Shown: positions 17,228 to 28,200 of the stretch, piece after piece
Position numbering within the stretch: position 1 is the first letter of the stretch
Layout: each line of letters begins with the position of its first letter
Assembly (NCBI GenBank): GCA_963704725.1
Contig: OY969934.1
Location: 3,168,001 to 3,232,000 of the forward strand
Reading direction: 5' to 3'
Origin: an uncultured Actinomycetes bacterium
GTDB taxonomy: Bacteria; Actinomycetota; UBA4738; HRBIN12
Length of the DNA stretch: 64,000 nt
Program-made: the position numbers and the translations under genes
Notes under the pieces: generated by a model
Database searches by the model: none
Seen by the model: the letters and a program-made list of their open reading frames with translations, nothing else
What the model was told of the DNA's origin: nothing

Positions 17228-18214
17228 TCAGTCGGAGACCACGAGCACGGCGGTCCCCCCACGACCGGTCCTCGCCGCGTCGAGCGCCTCGGCGGCCCGC
17301 TCCAGCGGGAACGCCGTGGTCCGCGTGGACAGACCCAGCTCGGCCGCGAGCGGGAGGAACTCGAGGCCGTCGCGCCGGGTGAGGTTGGCCACCGAGCGGA
17401 GCGTGCGCTCGCCCCACAGCAGGTCGTAGGAGAACGACGGGATGTCGGTCATGTGGATCTCGGCACAGACCACGGTCCCGCCGCGCTCGACGGCGGCGAG
17501 CGCGAGGGGGACAAGCTCGCCCACGGCGGCGAACAGGATCGCGGCCTCGAGCGGCTCGGGCGGTGGCTCCGTGGAGTCGCCCGCCCACGCGCAGCCGAGC
17601 TCGAGGGCCTCGGCCTGGGCGGCGCGGTCGCCGGGGCGGGTGAACGCGAACAGCCTCCTCCCCTGGGCCACCGCCACCTGGGACACGAGCCTGGCCGCGT
17701 TCCCGAACCCGTACAGGCCGAGCGCGCCTGCGTCCCCGGCCATCCGGAGCGCCCGGTAGCCGATCAGGCCGGCGCAGAGCAGCGGCGCGACCTCAGCATC
17801 GGTGAACGCCTCCGGCAGGGGAAGGCAGAACCGGGCATCGGCCACCGCGAGCTCGGCGTAGCCGCCGTCCAGCTGGTAGCCGGTGAAGCGCGCGTTCGGG
17901 CAGAGGTTCTCGCGTCCCGTCGCGCAGTACCGGCAGGTCCCGTCGGTCCGGCCGAGCCACGGCACGCCGACGCGATCGCCCTCGTGCAGGTCGGAGACCC
18001 CCTCGCCGAGCCGATCGACCACGCCGACGATCTGATGGCCCAGGATCAGCGGGAGCTTGGGGTCGGGAAGATCCCCGTCGAGCACGTGGAGGTCCGTCCG
18101 GCAGACGGCGCAGGCCCTGACCCGGATCCGGACCCGGCCCCGCTCCGGCTCCGGATCGGCCAGCTCGGCCGCCCGGAGCGGCCGCCCCGGTTCGTCGAGG
18201 ACCATGGCGCGCAC
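17228..18214 (-). CDS. Zinc-dependent alcohol dehydrogenase family protein
   Basis: CAVCRTDLH, GHQIVG, GDRVGVPWL, CRYC...ENLC, APLLCAGLIGYRAL, GLYGFG. Confidence 0.9.
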   Translation of the reverse strand: MRAMVLDEPGRPLRAAELADPEPERGRVRIRVRACAVCRTDLHVLDGDLPDPKLPLILGHQIVGVVDRLGEGVSDLHEGDRVGVPWLGRTDGTCRYCATGRENLCPNARFTGYQLDGGYAELAVADARFCLPLPEAFTDAEVAPLLCAGLIGYRALRMAGDAGALGLYGFGNAARLVSQVAVAQGRRLFAFTRPGDRAAQAEALELGCAWAGDSTEPPPEPLEAAILFAAVGELVPLALAAVERGGTVVCAEIHMTDIPSFSYDLLWGERTLRSVANLTRRDGLEFLPLAAELGLSTRTTAFPLERAAEALDAARTGRGGTAVLVVSD

Positions 18215-18230
18215 CCGGCAAGTATGGAGC

Positions 18231-19032
18231 TCAGCGCGGGGCGACGAGCCGCTCGACGAGCGCTCGCTGCGCGTCGTCGAACCACGGAGGCTCACCCGCC
18301 GCCGCGTTCGACCGGGCGTGGGACGGATCGGACGTCGCCGGGATGGCGACATGGACGCGACGGTCCGAGAGCGTCCACTTCAGCAGCGCCTGGGGCCAGG
18401 TCCGGACGCCGAGCTCGCGCATCGCCGCGGGGTCCGGCTCGTCGCCTCGCAGGAGCGCCCCCTCGCCGAACGGCCGCATGGCGATGACGCCGATGCCGAG
18501 CTCCTCGGCGAGGGGCAGGATCTCGCGCTCCGCCCGCCGCTCGAGCGGGTTGTAGGGTACCTGCACGCAGGCCACGCCGTCCAGAGCGCATGACCTCGGC
18601 GAGCTCGTGGAACCGTCGCTCGTCCCAGTGCGTCGCTCCCACCAGGCCGACGGCGGCGTCCCCGCCGAGCCAGGCGAGGTGCTCGCGCCACGCCACCAGG
18701 TTGTGCACCTGCTCGATCTCGACCCGGCCGTCGAACACGGCGAGCTGGGAGGCGAGCTGAACCCGTCCCTCGGCCGCCGAGCGGGTCCAGATCTTCGTCG
18801 CCACGATCGCCGACCCCCGCAGCCCGGACGCGGCGAGGGCGCGGCCGAGCACGGACTCGGCCCGGCCGTACATCGGCGAGGTGTCGACCAGCCGGACCCC
18901 GGCCGCGAACGCGGCCTCGACGACCTCGCGCGGGCCCGACTCTCCGGACGCGGGGACGTCGAACACGCTCCACGTTCCGAGCCCGATGACCGGGACCCGC
19001 AGATCGGATCGGCCGAGGCGGCGGAGCTCCAC
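18231..19032 (-). pseudogene. Aldo/keto reductase split by a single-base frameshift near 18576
   Basis: The N-half (GLGTW, DTSPMYG, ATKIW, QVHNL) and C-half (VQVPYNP, AMRPFG, AIPATS) are in different frames. Removing the base at 18576 gives [14 protein letters not shown]. Confidence 0.75.
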
Positions 19033-19041
19033 GAGCTTCGG

Positions 19042-19908
19042 TCAGTCGCCCTCGGTGGTGCCGTGGTCGCGCAGGTACCGCTCCAGCTCGGCGGCGAGGT
19101 CCTCGCCGGAGGGTGCGTCGGTCGGCTCGACCCCCGGCCCCGCCTCGGAGGCCTCCTCGAGGCGATGCACGTAGTCCGCGAGGTTGCCGTCCTCGTCGAT
19201 CGCCTCGCTCACCTCGCCCTCCCACGCCCGGGCGGCGTGCTCGACTTGCCGCGTGTCGACCTCCAGGCCGAGGAGGTCGCGCAGCCGCTCCAACAACGCC
19301 AGCGTGACCTTCGGGTTGGAGGTCTGCGGGAGGTAGTGGGGCGAGGCGGCCCACAGCGACACCGCGGGGACGCCCGCCTTGCCCGCCAGGTCGTTCAGCA
19401 CGCCCACGATCCCGGTGGGCCCCTCGTACCGGGCCGGCACGATGTCGGCGCGATCGGCCCACGACGGGTCCGCCGAGGCCGCGCTCACCGGCGCCGGCAC
19501 CGTGTGGGGCACGTCGGCGAGGAACGCCCCCAGCGTCACCACCACGGAGGCGCGGACGTCCGAGCACACCGCGAGGATCTGCTCGCAGTAGGTCCGCCAC
19601 CGGACGTTGGGCTCCACGCCGAGGAACACCACGACGTCCCTGCTGCCGGCGCGGGCCCACCAGAAGTCGTTCGACGGCCAGTCGACCCTCCGCGTCTGTC
19701 CGTCGAGCAGGCGGACGGTCGGCCGGTGCACCTGGAAGTCGTAGAACTCCTCCGGGTCTATCGAAGCGAACCGCCGCGCCCCCCACTGGTCGCGGAGCTC
19801 CCGCGCGGCGCCGGTCGCCCCCTCGCCGCCGTCGTTCCACCCGCCGAACGCGCACACTACGACCGGCTCGACGAGCTCGGGACGCGCGCGGTACTCGACG
19901 TAGCTCAC
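19042..19908 (-). CDS. PAC2 family proteasome assembly chaperone-like protein
   Basis: [72 protein letters not shown]. Confidence 0.88.
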   Translation of the reverse strand: MSYVEYRARPELVEPVVVCAFGGWNDGGEGATGAARELRDQWGARRFASIDPEEFYDFQVHRPTVRLLDGQTRRVDWPSNDFWWARAGSRDVVVFLGVEPNVRWRTYCEQILAVCSDVRASVVVTLGAFLADVPHTVPAPVSAASADPSWADRADIVPARYEGPTGIVGVLNDLAGKAGVPAVSLWAASPHYLPQTSNPKVTLALLERLRDLLGLEVDTRQVEHAARAWEGEVSEAIDEDGNLADYVHRLEEASEAGPGVEPTDAPSGEDLAAELERYLRDHGTTEGD

Positions 19909-19939
19909 CGGACCAGTCTCCGGCGAGTCGCGCCGGCTG

Positions 19940-20221
19940 TCACTCGGCCGGAGGGCCCTCGCCCGGGCCGTCGCCCTCGGTCAGCCACGTCCACCGCCGC
20001 ATGATCGGACAGGTGAGCGTCCGCGTGATCCCCTCGATCTCCGACATCGGCCGCAGGACGCGCTTGCCGAGCTCGTCGATGCTGTCGGCCTCCGCCCGGA
20101 CGACGATGTCGTGCGGGCCCGTGACCACGTGCACCGAGGTCACGCCGGGGAGGTCGGCCACCCGACGGGCGACGCGTGCATCGGTCCCCACGTGGACCTG
20201 GAGGAAGATGTAGGCGTCCAT
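19940..20221 (-). CDS. Second stand-alone Lrp/AsnC ligand-binding domain protein
   Basis: AYIFLQV...VTGPHDIVVRAEA...IEGITRTLTCPI. ATG 20221 lies 6 nt after TACGGT. Confidence 0.85.
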   Translation of the reverse strand: MDAYIFLQVHVGTDARVARRVADLPGVTSVHVVTGPHDIVVRAEADSIDELGKRVLRPMSEIEGITRTLTCPIMRRWTWLTEGDGPGEGPPAE

Positions 20222-20392
20222 CACGCTACCGTACCGCCCCGGTCAAGCCCCGGCGCCTGCGAGAACGCGCTCGCCGCGGGAGCTCTGCAACCCGCAGCCG
20301 CGGGCCTCGTTCGTAGAGATGTGGTTGTGCATCGAGGCGCCGGCCGTGACGATACGGGAACGCCGGCGATCCGAGGTCGGGCAGGAGGTGTC

Positions 20393-22147
20393 GTGAGGTT
20401 CCGAACGATCGTCCGGGTCCTGCTGGTCGCGGTGGCGCTCCTGCTGCCCCTGCTGGCCGTTCCGACGGCGATCGCGGTCACGGCGTCCGTGCAGCTCACG
20501 GCGTCCGCCGGCACGATGACGTACGGCGACGCGGTAACCCTTTTCGGCACGGCGAGCGGCGACCCCGGGTGCGTGGCCGGGCGAGCCGTCGAGCTGCAAT
20601 GGCACGCCCTCGACGGGTCCGACTTCGCCACGGTGGCCGAGGCGACGACGGCCGGTGACGGCTCGTTCGGCTTCGAGCAGTCGCCGTCGTTCACCGGTCG
20701 CTTCCGAGCGCTCCTGCCCGACGCCGGGAGCTGCCTGTCGGCCACGTCGGACGAGTCGCCCGTCCAGGTCAAGGTCCTGCTCGAGTCCTCGGGTCCGCCC
20801 GGGCCGACCGAGGCCGGCTCCTGTGGCGAGCTCGCGGTCCTCGTCTCGCCGCCCAAGCCGGGTCAGTCGGTCGACGTCCAGCGCCGCTCCGAAGGTGCGT
20901 GGACGACCGCGGAGACCGTGATCCTGAACGGCGACGGCCGGGGCCGGGCCGAGCCGTGCCTGGGCTGGGACGACCTCGGGACGGCCAGGTTCCGGTTCCG
21001 GTGGACGGCGCAGGACGCGCTGAACGAGTCTGCCTCAGGCCCCGCCCTGGTCCTGCAGGTCACGAGGGCAGGCTGGATGACGGCCATCGACGACGCCATC
21101 GGCGGCCGTGCCGTCTCGGTCTCGGTGGCCGATGAGGACACGACGATGTACCGGCACGCCGACGCCACCCCCCGCGCACCGGCCTCCAACGAGAAGCTCC
21201 TGCTGGCGATGGCCTCGCTCGACGCGCTCGGCCCGGATCACCGCATCCAGACGCGTGCCGCGGCCAGGACGTTCGCCGGCGGCGTGGTCCACGGTGACCT
21301 CTGGCTCCTCGGCCGGGGCGATCCGCTCGTCGGGCGGTCCACGCTCGCGGCGCTGGCCGACCGGCTGGCCGAGGCCGGGCTGCGGCGCGTGTCGGGGAGC
21401 GTGATGGGCAGCACCGGATTCTTCCGGCGCGACTGGGGGGCACCGGGCTGGAACGACGTAGCGCGCGACTACGTGAACCGGCCGACGTCGCTCACGTTCG
21501 AGGGCAACGCGGCGCCCGACCCCGAACGTGAGGCCGCGGAGGCGCTGACGACGCAGCTCGTTCGTCGCGGCATCCGCGTGACGGGCCGTCCCGGGGCGGG
21601 AACGCCGCCCGGCGGGCTGGGCGATCTCGCTTCGATCGATTCGAAGGAGCTCCGCATCATCCTGGCCAAGGTCCTGCGGCCCTCGTGGAACTTCGGCGCG
21701 GAGGTGCTGGGGAAGGGGCTCGGCGCCCAGGTGCGAGGCGGCCCGGGCACGATCGCGAAGGGGGCGGCGACCATCGAGGCCTGGGCCGAGGAGCGGGGCG
21801 TCGACTTCACGCTCTTCGACAACTCGGGGCTGTCGTACGACGACCGCGTCACGGCCGCCGGCATCGTGGAGCTCCTCGGGCAGGCCGAGGACGAGCCCTG
21901 GGGGGAGGCGCTCCGGCGGGCGCTCCCGACCGGCGGGCAGGGCACGCTGGTGCATCGGCTGCACGACGTCCAGGTCCGGGCGAAGACCGGAACGCTGACG
22001 GACGTCTCCGCGCTGTCGGGGTGGGTGTTCTCGCAGCATCGGAACGCCTGGATCGAGTTCTCGATCCTGTCGGCCGGCATGACGAAGCCCGTGGCCTCCG
22101 ACATCGAGGACCGCATCGTGCGCCTCCTGCAGAACGAGGCGGGCTGA
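20393..22147 (+). CDS. dacB: D-alanyl-D-alanine carboxypeptidase/endopeptidase (peptidase S13) with N-terminal beta-rich extension
   Basis: Signal peptide after an AGGAGG RBS. SxxK (PASNEK), GRGDP, SxN (SWN), DNSGLS and KTG (AKTGTL) motifs. Confidence 0.8.
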   Translation: MRFRTIVRVLLVAVALLLPLLAVPTAIAVTASVQLTASAGTMTYGDAVTLFGTASGDPGCVAGRAVELQWHALDGSDFATVAEATTAGDGSFGFEQSPSFTGRFRALLPDAGSCLSATSDESPVQVKVLLESSGPPGPTEAGSCGELAVLVSPPKPGQSVDVQRRSEGAWTTAETVILNGDGRGRAEPCLGWDDLGTARFRFRWTAQDALNESASGPALVLQVTRAGWMTAIDDAIGGRAVSVSVADEDTTMYRHADATPRAPASNEKLLLAMASLDALGPDHRIQTRAAARTFAGGVVHGDLWLLGRGDPLVGRSTLAALADRLAEAGLRRVSGSVMGSTGFFRRDWGAPGWNDVARDYVNRPTSLTFEGNAAPDPEREAAEALTTQLVRRGIRVTGRPGAGTPPGGLGDLASIDSKELRIILAKVLRPSWNFGAEVLGKGLGAQVRGGPGTIAKGAATIEAWAEERGVDFTLFDNSGLSYDDRVTAAGIVELLGQAEDEPWGEALRRALPTGGQGTLVHRLHDVQVRAKTGTLTDVSALSGWVFSQHRNAWIEFSILSAGMTKPVASDIEDRIVRLLQNEAG

Positions 22148-22190
22148 CCGCACCCTTCCGCATCTTCCCCCCGACCTCTCGGACCTCCGG

Positions 22191-22904
22191 CTAGCGGCCG
22201 AGGCCGCGCTCGATCTCGCGCGCCGCGGCGACGACCAGTGCGGCGTGGCGCCGCGCGTCGGCTCGACCGACCCGGCTCGCCGGCCCCGAGATCGAGACGA
22301 CGGCGATCAGGATGTCGTACGGCCCGCGGACCGGGGCGCTCACGGAGCCGACCCCCGGCTGGCGTTCGTCGGTGCTCGACGCCCACCCCCGCGACCCGGC
22401 CAGCTCGACGTCGCGCGCGAATCGCTCCCGGTCGCCGGCCATACGCACGTGCCGGTCGCGATCGGGCGCCTCGACCAGGAAGACCTTGGCCGCCGATCCC
22501 GCGTACAGGGGCAGCGACGCGCCGACCGGCACGATCGTCCGCAGCTCCTGCGAAGACTCCACCGCGTCGATGCACACCCGCACGTCGCCGGACCGCACGT
22601 AGAGCTGGGCGCTCTCCCCGCTCTCGCGGGCGAGGCGATCGAGCACCGGATGGGCCACGTCGCGCAGGGGGAGCTCGCGCATCGCGTCGTTGGCCAGCCG
22701 GAGCAGTCGCGGCCCCAGCCGGTAGCCGAACCCCGGGAGATGCGCCAGGAGTCCGTGCCCCTCCAGAGCCCGGATCAGCCGATGGGCGGAGCCGCGCGGC
22801 AGGCCGGTGGCCCGCATGATCTCGGTGAAGCGGTGCGACCCGGCCTCGACGGCGTCGAGCACGAGCACGGCGCGGTCGAGGATCCCGGTGGGTGGTGTGT
22901 CCAT
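22191..22904 (-). CDS. IclR family regulator divergent from leuCD (NdgR/LtbR-like)
   Basis: [57 protein letters not shown]. Typical actinobacterial synteny with leuC. Confidence 0.9.
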   Translation of the reverse strand: MDTPPTGILDRAVLVLDAVEAGSHRFTEIMRATGLPRGSAHRLIRALEGHGLLAHLPGFGYRLGPRLLRLANDAMRELPLRDVAHPVLDRLARESGESAQLYVRSGDVRVCIDAVESSQELRTIVPVGASLPLYAGSAAKVFLVEAPDRDRHVRMAGDRERFARDVELAGSRGWASSTDERQPGVGSVSAPVRGPYDILIAVVSISGPASRVGRADARRHAALVVAAAREIERGLGR

Positions 22905-22908
22905 GGTT

Positions 22909-22947
22909 GTTCCGCACGATGGTAGTGCAAGTTCCGATAGATGGAAC
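22909..22947. promoter_or_regulatory. Two tandem IclR-type operator boxes
   Basis: GTTCCGCACGATGGTAG (22909-22925) and GTTCCGATAGATGGAAC (22931-22947; GTTCC-N7-GGAAC), 22 bp apart between the divergent genes. Confidence 0.65.
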
Positions 22948-22988
22948 CGATGTGGACGACGGAGACTGCGTCGGGCAGGATTGCCGCC

Positions 22989-24368
22989 ATGCCGCCGGTC
23001 CCCCGAACGCTCGCCGAGAAGGTCTGGGAACGACACCTCGTCCACCGGGCAGGCGGCGAGCCCGACCTGCTGTACGTCGACCTCCACCTGGTCCACGAGG
23101 TGACGAGCCCGCAGGCGTTCGACGGCCTGAGGCTGGCCGGCCGGCCGGTCCGCCGTCCCGACCTGACCGTGGCGACGATGGACCACAACGTGCCGACGGG
23201 ACCCGGGCCGCTCGAGCCGGTGAGCGTGCGGCAGATGGAAGCGCTCGCCCGCAACTGCGAGGAGTTCGGCATCACGCTGTTCCCGACCGGCGACCTCGGG
23301 CAGGGCATCGTGCACGTGATCGGCCCGCAGATGGGGCTGACGCAGCCGGGTCTCGTGATCGTCTGCGGCGACTCCCACACCTCGACCCACGGCGCGTTCG
23401 GGGCGCTCGCGTTCGGCATCGGCACGAGCGAGGTCGAGCACGTCCTGGCCACCCAGACCCTGCCGCAGCGTCCCCCGGGGACCATGGCGATCACGGTCGA
23501 GGGCGAGCTCCCCAGTGGCGTGACCGCGAAGGACGTGATCCTGGGGATCATCGCCCGGATCGGCACCGGCGGAGGCGTGGGGCACGTGATCGAGTACCGG
23601 GGCGCCGCGATCCGATCGCTGTCGATGGAGGGGCGGATGACGGTGTGCAACATGTCGATCGAGGCCGGCGCGCGCGCCGGGATGATCGCCCCCGACGACA
23701 CGACGTTCGCGTGGCTCGAAGGCCGGCCGTACGCCCCCCCGGGCGCGGAGTGGGAGTCTGCGCTCGAGGACTGGCGCTCGCTCCCCACCGACGAGGGCGC
23801 AGAGTTCGACGCCGAGGTCCGCATCGACGCCGCCGCCCTGCGGCCCCACGTCTCCTGGGGCACGAACCCGGGCCAAACGGTCACGATCGACGACGTCGTC
23901 CCCGAGCCCGCCGACGACGCAGCCGAGCGCGCGCTCGCGTACATGGGACTCCGGCCGGGGACGCCGATCCGCGAGATCCGCCCCGACACGATCTTCATCG
24001 GCTCGTGCACGAACTCGCGGATCACCGACCTCCGCGAGGCCGCCGCGATCCTGGAGGGCCGCACGATCGCCGCGGGCCTGCGTGCCATGGTCGTTCCCGG
24101 CTCCATGCTCGTGAAGCGGCAGGCCGAGGAGGAGGGACTCGACCGCGTCTTCCGGGCCGCCGGGTTCGAGTGGCGCGACGCCGGCTGCTCGATGTGCCTG
24201 GGCATGAACCCCGACCAGCTCGGGCCGGGCGAGCGGAGCGCGAGCACGTCGAACCGGAACTTCGAGGGGCGGCAGGGCCGGGGCGGACGCACGCACCTCG
24301 TCAGCCCGATCGTGGCGGCCGCCACGGCCGTGGCCGGCCACTTCGCCGCACCGGAGGACCTGCCGTGA
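22989..24368 (+). CDS. leuC: 3-isopropylmalate dehydratase large subunit
   Basis: [65 protein letters not shown]. Confidence 0.97.
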   Translation: MPPVPRTLAEKVWERHLVHRAGGEPDLLYVDLHLVHEVTSPQAFDGLRLAGRPVRRPDLTVATMDHNVPTGPGPLEPVSVRQMEALARNCEEFGITLFPTGDLGQGIVHVIGPQMGLTQPGLVIVCGDSHTSTHGAFGALAFGIGTSEVEHVLATQTLPQRPPGTMAITVEGELPSGVTAKDVILGIIARIGTGGGVGHVIEYRGAAIRSLSMEGRMTVCNMSIEAGARAGMIAPDDTTFAWLEGRPYAPPGAEWESALEDWRSLPTDEGAEFDAEVRIDAAALRPHVSWGTNPGQTVTIDDVVPEPADDAAERALAYMGLRPGTPIREIRPDTIFIGSCTNSRITDLREAAAILEGRTIAAGLRAMVVPGSMLVKRQAEEEGLDRVFRAAGFEWRDAGCSMCLGMNPDQLGPGERSASTSNRNFEGRQGRGGRTHLVSPIVAAATAVAGHFAAPEDLP

Positions 24369-24958
24369 GGGCGTTCACCGTGCACACCGGGCGCGCCGTG
24401 CCACTGGATCGAGCCGACGTCGACACCGATCAGATCATCCCGGCCGAGTACCTCAAGCGGGTGGAGCGGTCGGGATTCGGGCCCTTCCTGTTCGACGCCT
24501 GGCGCAAGGACCCGGCCTTCGTCCTCAACCGGCCGGAGCACCAGGGGGCCACGATCCTGGTCGCGGGGCCCAACTTCGGCAGCGGCTCGAGCCGCGAGCA
24601 CGCGGTCTGGGCGCTCGAGGACCACGGCTTCCGGGCGATCCTCGCGCCCTCGTTCGCCGACATCTTCCGGAACAACTGCACGAAGGTGGGGCTGCTCCCG
24701 GTCGAGCTCCCGCTGGGCATCGTGCGCGAGCTCCTCGCCGCGGTGGCCGCCGAGCCGGAGACCGAGATCACCGTCGATCTCCGCAAGAAGGTCGTGACCG
24801 CGCCGGGGATCGAGCAGCCCTTCCCGATCGACGACTTCACCCGGTGGCGCATGCTGGAGGGGCTCGACGACATCGGCCTGACCCTGCGGCACGAGGACGC
24901 CATCGCCACCTACGAACGAGCTCGGCCGGGCCGCCTTCCGTCGATGACGTCTCGGTAG
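24365..24958 (+). CDS. leuD: 3-isopropylmalate dehydratase small subunit
   Basis: [45 protein letters not shown] overlaps the leuC stop. Confidence 0.96.
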   Translation: MRAFTVHTGRAVPLDRADVDTDQIIPAEYLKRVERSGFGPFLFDAWRKDPAFVLNRPEHQGATILVAGPNFGSGSSREHAVWALEDHGFRAILAPSFADIFRNNCTKVGLLPVELPLGIVRELLAAVAAEPETEITVDLRKKVVTAPGIEQPFPIDDFTRWRMLEGLDDIGLTLRHEDAIATYERARPGRLPSMTSR

Positions 24959-25059
24959 CCCGACGGCGGGATTCCCACACCTCGGCGCCTGCGTGGAAGA
25001 CCGCAAGTTCCCCCGATCCGGGTACGAAGAATGGCCTACAGCGTTCCGATAGGAACGGT

Positions 25060-28000
25060 ATGCGGCGGCGCGCGTGGTTCCTCTACCTCTCCGTCGGCAC
25101 GACCACCCTGCTCGCGTACCTCGTCGTCCCGGGCCTGCGCCAGGGCTGGGTCTTCAACCTGATCGCCCTCTCGTCGCCGGTGGCGATCGTCATCGCGGTT
25201 CGGACCCTGCGCCCGGAGGACTCGGCCCCCTGGTACCTGTTTGCCCTCGGCCAGGCGTTCTTCGTCGCCGGCGACGTGATCACGTACAACTACGAGACCT
25301 TCTTCATGCGGCCGGCGCCGTTCCCCTCCACCGCAGACGCCTTCTACCTGTCCGTCTATCCGTGCCTGATCGCCGGCATCCTCCTGCTCGTCCGGCGTCG
25401 CAGCCCGGGGCGGGACCGGGACAGCGTGATCGACTCGCTGATGGTCGCCATCGGCGTGGGCGTGATCTCGTGGGCGTTCCTGATGGCTCCGACGGCGCAG
25501 GATGCCGACGCGACCCTCGTGCAGAAGCTCGTGAGCGTGTCCTACCCGTTCATGGACCTGTTCCTGCTGACCGTGGTCGTCCGCCTGGTGATCGGCCCGG
25601 GCCGCCGCGGGCTCTCCTTCTACCTCCTCCCGGCGGCCGCCCTCTGCCTGTTCCTGACCGATTTCGCCGACAGCTACCTTTCGGTCCGCGGACTCGTGTA
25701 CGACGGATCCGGCGCTCTCGAGGTCGGCTCCGGCCTGTTCTACCTGCTGTGGGGAGCGGCCGCCCTGCACCGATCGCAACGCCACCTCGCCGAGCGGGCG
25801 CCCGACCACGAGGTCCGGGTCACCCGAACGCGCCTGGTCATGCTTGGCGCGGCGCTGCTCATCCCCCAGGCCGTCCGCGAGATCCAGCACCTCCGGGGCC
25901 ACGACGCGGACCTGTGGATGATCTCGATCTCGACCGGCTGCCTGTTCGTGCTCGTGATCACGCGGATGTCTGGGCTCGTCGGCTCGCTGAAGCTGTCCTT
26001 CGGGCGCGAGAAGGCCCTTCGCCGCGCGGCCGCCTCGCTGGTCACCGCGACCAATCGCGACGAGATCCATTCCGCGATGATGCGCGCGGTCGGCACGCTC
26101 GTCCCGAACGGGTCGGCCCGTCTCCTCATCCGAGACCCCGATCACGACGAGCGCTTCGCCATGATCGCCGCGTCGAACGGGCCCGTCGGGCTCCTCGGCG
26201 CGTCGGTCGACGTCCCGGTGGCCGAGCTCGATCCCTCGGGCCTGCCGGCGAGCCGCGTCGTCCAGCGCCCCATGCCGGAGCTCGCCGGCAACCTCCGCCT
26301 CTCCCCGACCACCGTGTCCGTCCTGGCCCTGCCCCTGGTCACCCGGGGCGAGCTGAACGCGCTCCTCGTGATCGGCACCGACGAGGAGCTGCCGCGCTCG
26401 GTGGCGGACGGCCTGGAGACGCTCGCGTCCCAGGTCTCCCTCGCCTTGGAGAGCGCGGCGGCCACGGAGGGAGTTCACCGGCGGCAGAGCGAGGCCCGCT
26501 TCTCCACCCTGGTCCAGCACTCCTCCGACGTCATGATGGTCGTCGAGGCGGACTCTCGGATCCGCTACGTCAGCCCCTCGGCCGAGCGCGTGCTCGGCTA
26601 CGCGCCGAGCGAGCTCGAGGGCACGCGACTCGTCGACGGGGTACACCCCGAGGACCGGGCGAGCCTGCTGCAGTTCCTGACGATGAGCGTCGGCGAGGAC
26701 GCGCATACGGCGCTCGCCGCCTACCGCGTGCGCCATCGGGAGGACCGCTGGTTGCACGTCGAGACCCTGCGCACGAACCTGCTGCACGACGAGAACGTGC
26801 GCGGCATCGTCCTCAACACGCGAGACGTCTCCGAGCGAAGGGCGTTCGAAGAGCAGCTCGCGCACCAGGCCTTCCACGACTCGGTCACCGGGCTCGCCAA
26901 CCGGGCCCTGTTCCGTGATCGCGTCGAGCACGCGCTGGAACGCCACAACCGCGACGGCGGGCCGGTCACGGTCCTGTTCATGGACCTGGACGACTTCAAG
27001 ACGATCAACGACTCGCTGGGCCACGCCGCCGGCGACCGCGTCCTCGGCGAGGTCGCCGACCGCCTGAAGGGGACCCTGCGCCAGGCCGACACGGCCGCCC
27101 GGCTGGGGGGCGACGAGTTCGCCGTCCTGCTGGAGGACGGCGGCGACGGCGTCGAGGCGGCCGAGGTCGCCTCGCGCATCCTCGGCGCGTTCGAGACGCC
27201 GGTGCATCTCGACGGCAAGGTCCTGTTCGTTCGCGCCTCGATCGGCATCGCGTCCACCGAGCATGCGACGGCCGCCGTCCGTGGCGCGGAGGAGCTGCTG
27301 CGCGACGCCGACGTGGCGATGTACATGGCGAAGGAGGCCGGCAAGGGCCGGTACCAGGTCTTCGAGCCGGCGATGCACGACACCGCCCTGAAGCGGCTCG
27401 AGCTGAAGGCGGACCTGCAGCGAGCCGTCGACAACGAGGAGTTCGTCGTCCACTACCAGCCGGTGATCGAGCTCGACACCGGCCGGATCGAGGGCTTCGA
27501 GGCGCTCGTGCGCTGGCAGCATCCGGTCCGCGGCACGGTCCCGCCGCTGGACTTCATCCCGCTCGCCGAGGAGACGGGCCTGATCGTGCCGATCGGAGAT
27601 TGGGTCCTGCGCGAAGCCTGCCGGCGCGCCAAGGAGCTCCAGATGCACTTCCCGACGGACCCCCCATTCCGCATGGCGGTGAACCTGTCCGCCCGTCAGA
27701 TCCAGCGGCCCGAGGTCGTCTCGGACGTCGCCTTCGCGCTGATGGAGAGCGGGCTCGAGCCCTCGAGCCTGGTCCTGGAGATCACCGAGTCGGTGATGAT
27801 GCAGGACGTCGACCTGTCGACACAGCGGCTCACCGAGCTGAAGGAGCTCGGCGTGAAGCTGGCCGTGGACGACTTCGGGACCGGCTACTCGAGCCTCAAC
27901 TACATCCGCCGCTTCCCCGTCGACATCCTCAAGGTCGACAAGTCCTTCGTGGACGGCGTCACCCGGGGCGGTGAGGAGTCCGCACTGACCGCGGCGATCA

Positions 28001-28200
28001 TCGAGCTCGCGGCGATCCTCAAGCTCCGCCCGGTCGCCGAGGGGATCGAGCGAGCCGATCAGCTCGAGAAGCTGCGCTCGCTGAATTGCGGCCTGGGGCA
28101 GGGCTTCTACTTCGCTCGTCCGCTGCCTCTGGAGGCGGTCGAGGACCTGCTCACGGCCCGGAGATCCCTCGCGGAGCGCGAGAGCGAGGTCGCCTCCTGA
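25060..28200 (+). CDS. Membrane-bound GAF-PAS-GGDEF-EAL c-di-GMP enzyme (paralogue 1)
   Basis: Multi-pass TM N-terminus, PAS (RFSTLVQHSSD...VHPED...RDVSER), AFHD..TGLANR, ARLGGDEF, EALVRW, EITES, DDFGTGYSSL. Confidence 0.93.
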   Translation: MRRRAWFLYLSVGTTTLLAYLVVPGLRQGWVFNLIALSSPVAIVIAVRTLRPEDSAPWYLFALGQAFFVAGDVITYNYETFFMRPAPFPSTADAFYLSVYPCLIAGILLLVRRRSPGRDRDSVIDSLMVAIGVGVISWAFLMAPTAQDADATLVQKLVSVSYPFMDLFLLTVVVRLVIGPGRRGLSFYLLPAAALCLFLTDFADSYLSVRGLVYDGSGALEVGSGLFYLLWGAAALHRSQRHLAERAPDHEVRVTRTRLVMLGAALLIPQAVREIQHLRGHDADLWMISISTGCLFVLVITRMSGLVGSLKLSFGREKALRRAAASLVTATNRDEIHSAMMRAVGTLVPNGSARLLIRDPDHDERFAMIAASNGPVGLLGASVDVPVAELDPSGLPASRVVQRPMPELAGNLRLSPTTVSVLALPLVTRGELNALLVIGTDEELPRSVADGLETLASQVSLALESAAATEGVHRRQSEARFSTLVQHSSDVMMVVEADSRIRYVSPSAERVLGYAPSELEGTRLVDGVHPEDRASLLQFLTMSVGEDAHTALAAYRVRHREDRWLHVETLRTNLLHDENVRGIVLNTRDVSERRAFEEQLAHQAFHDSVTGLANRALFRDRVEHALERHNRDGGPVTVLFMDLDDFKTINDSLGHAAGDRVLGEVADRLKGTLRQADTAARLGGDEFAVLLEDGGDGVEAAEVASRILGAFETPVHLDGKVLFVRASIGIASTEHATAAVRGAEELLRDADVAMYMAKEAGKGRYQVFEPAMHDTALKRLELKADLQRAVDNEEFVVHYQPVIELDTGRIEGFEALVRWQHPVRGTVPPLDFIPLAEETGLIVPIGDWVLREACRRAKELQMHFPTDPPFRMAVNLSARQIQRPEVVSDVAFALMESGLEPSSLVLEITESVMMQDVDLSTQRLTELKELGVKLAVDDFGTGYSSLNYIRRFPVDILKVDKSFVDGVTRGGEESALTAAIIELAAILKLRPVAEGIERADQLEKLRSLNCGLGQGFYFARPLPLEAVEDLLTARRSLAERESEVAS
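27305..27475 (+). repeat. 171-nt perfect direct repeat, second copy at 30615-30785
   Basis: Base-by-base identical from ACGCCGACGTGGCG to GATCGAGCTCG at an offset of 3310 nt. Confidence 0.85.

Noticed and set aside
25042-25057. CGTTCC-GATA-GGAACG as an IclR box before GGDEF-EAL gene 1
   Set aside because: It shares GTTCCGATAG with the leuC operator, but the half-site spacing is 4 rather than 7 nt and it is absent before paralogue 2.
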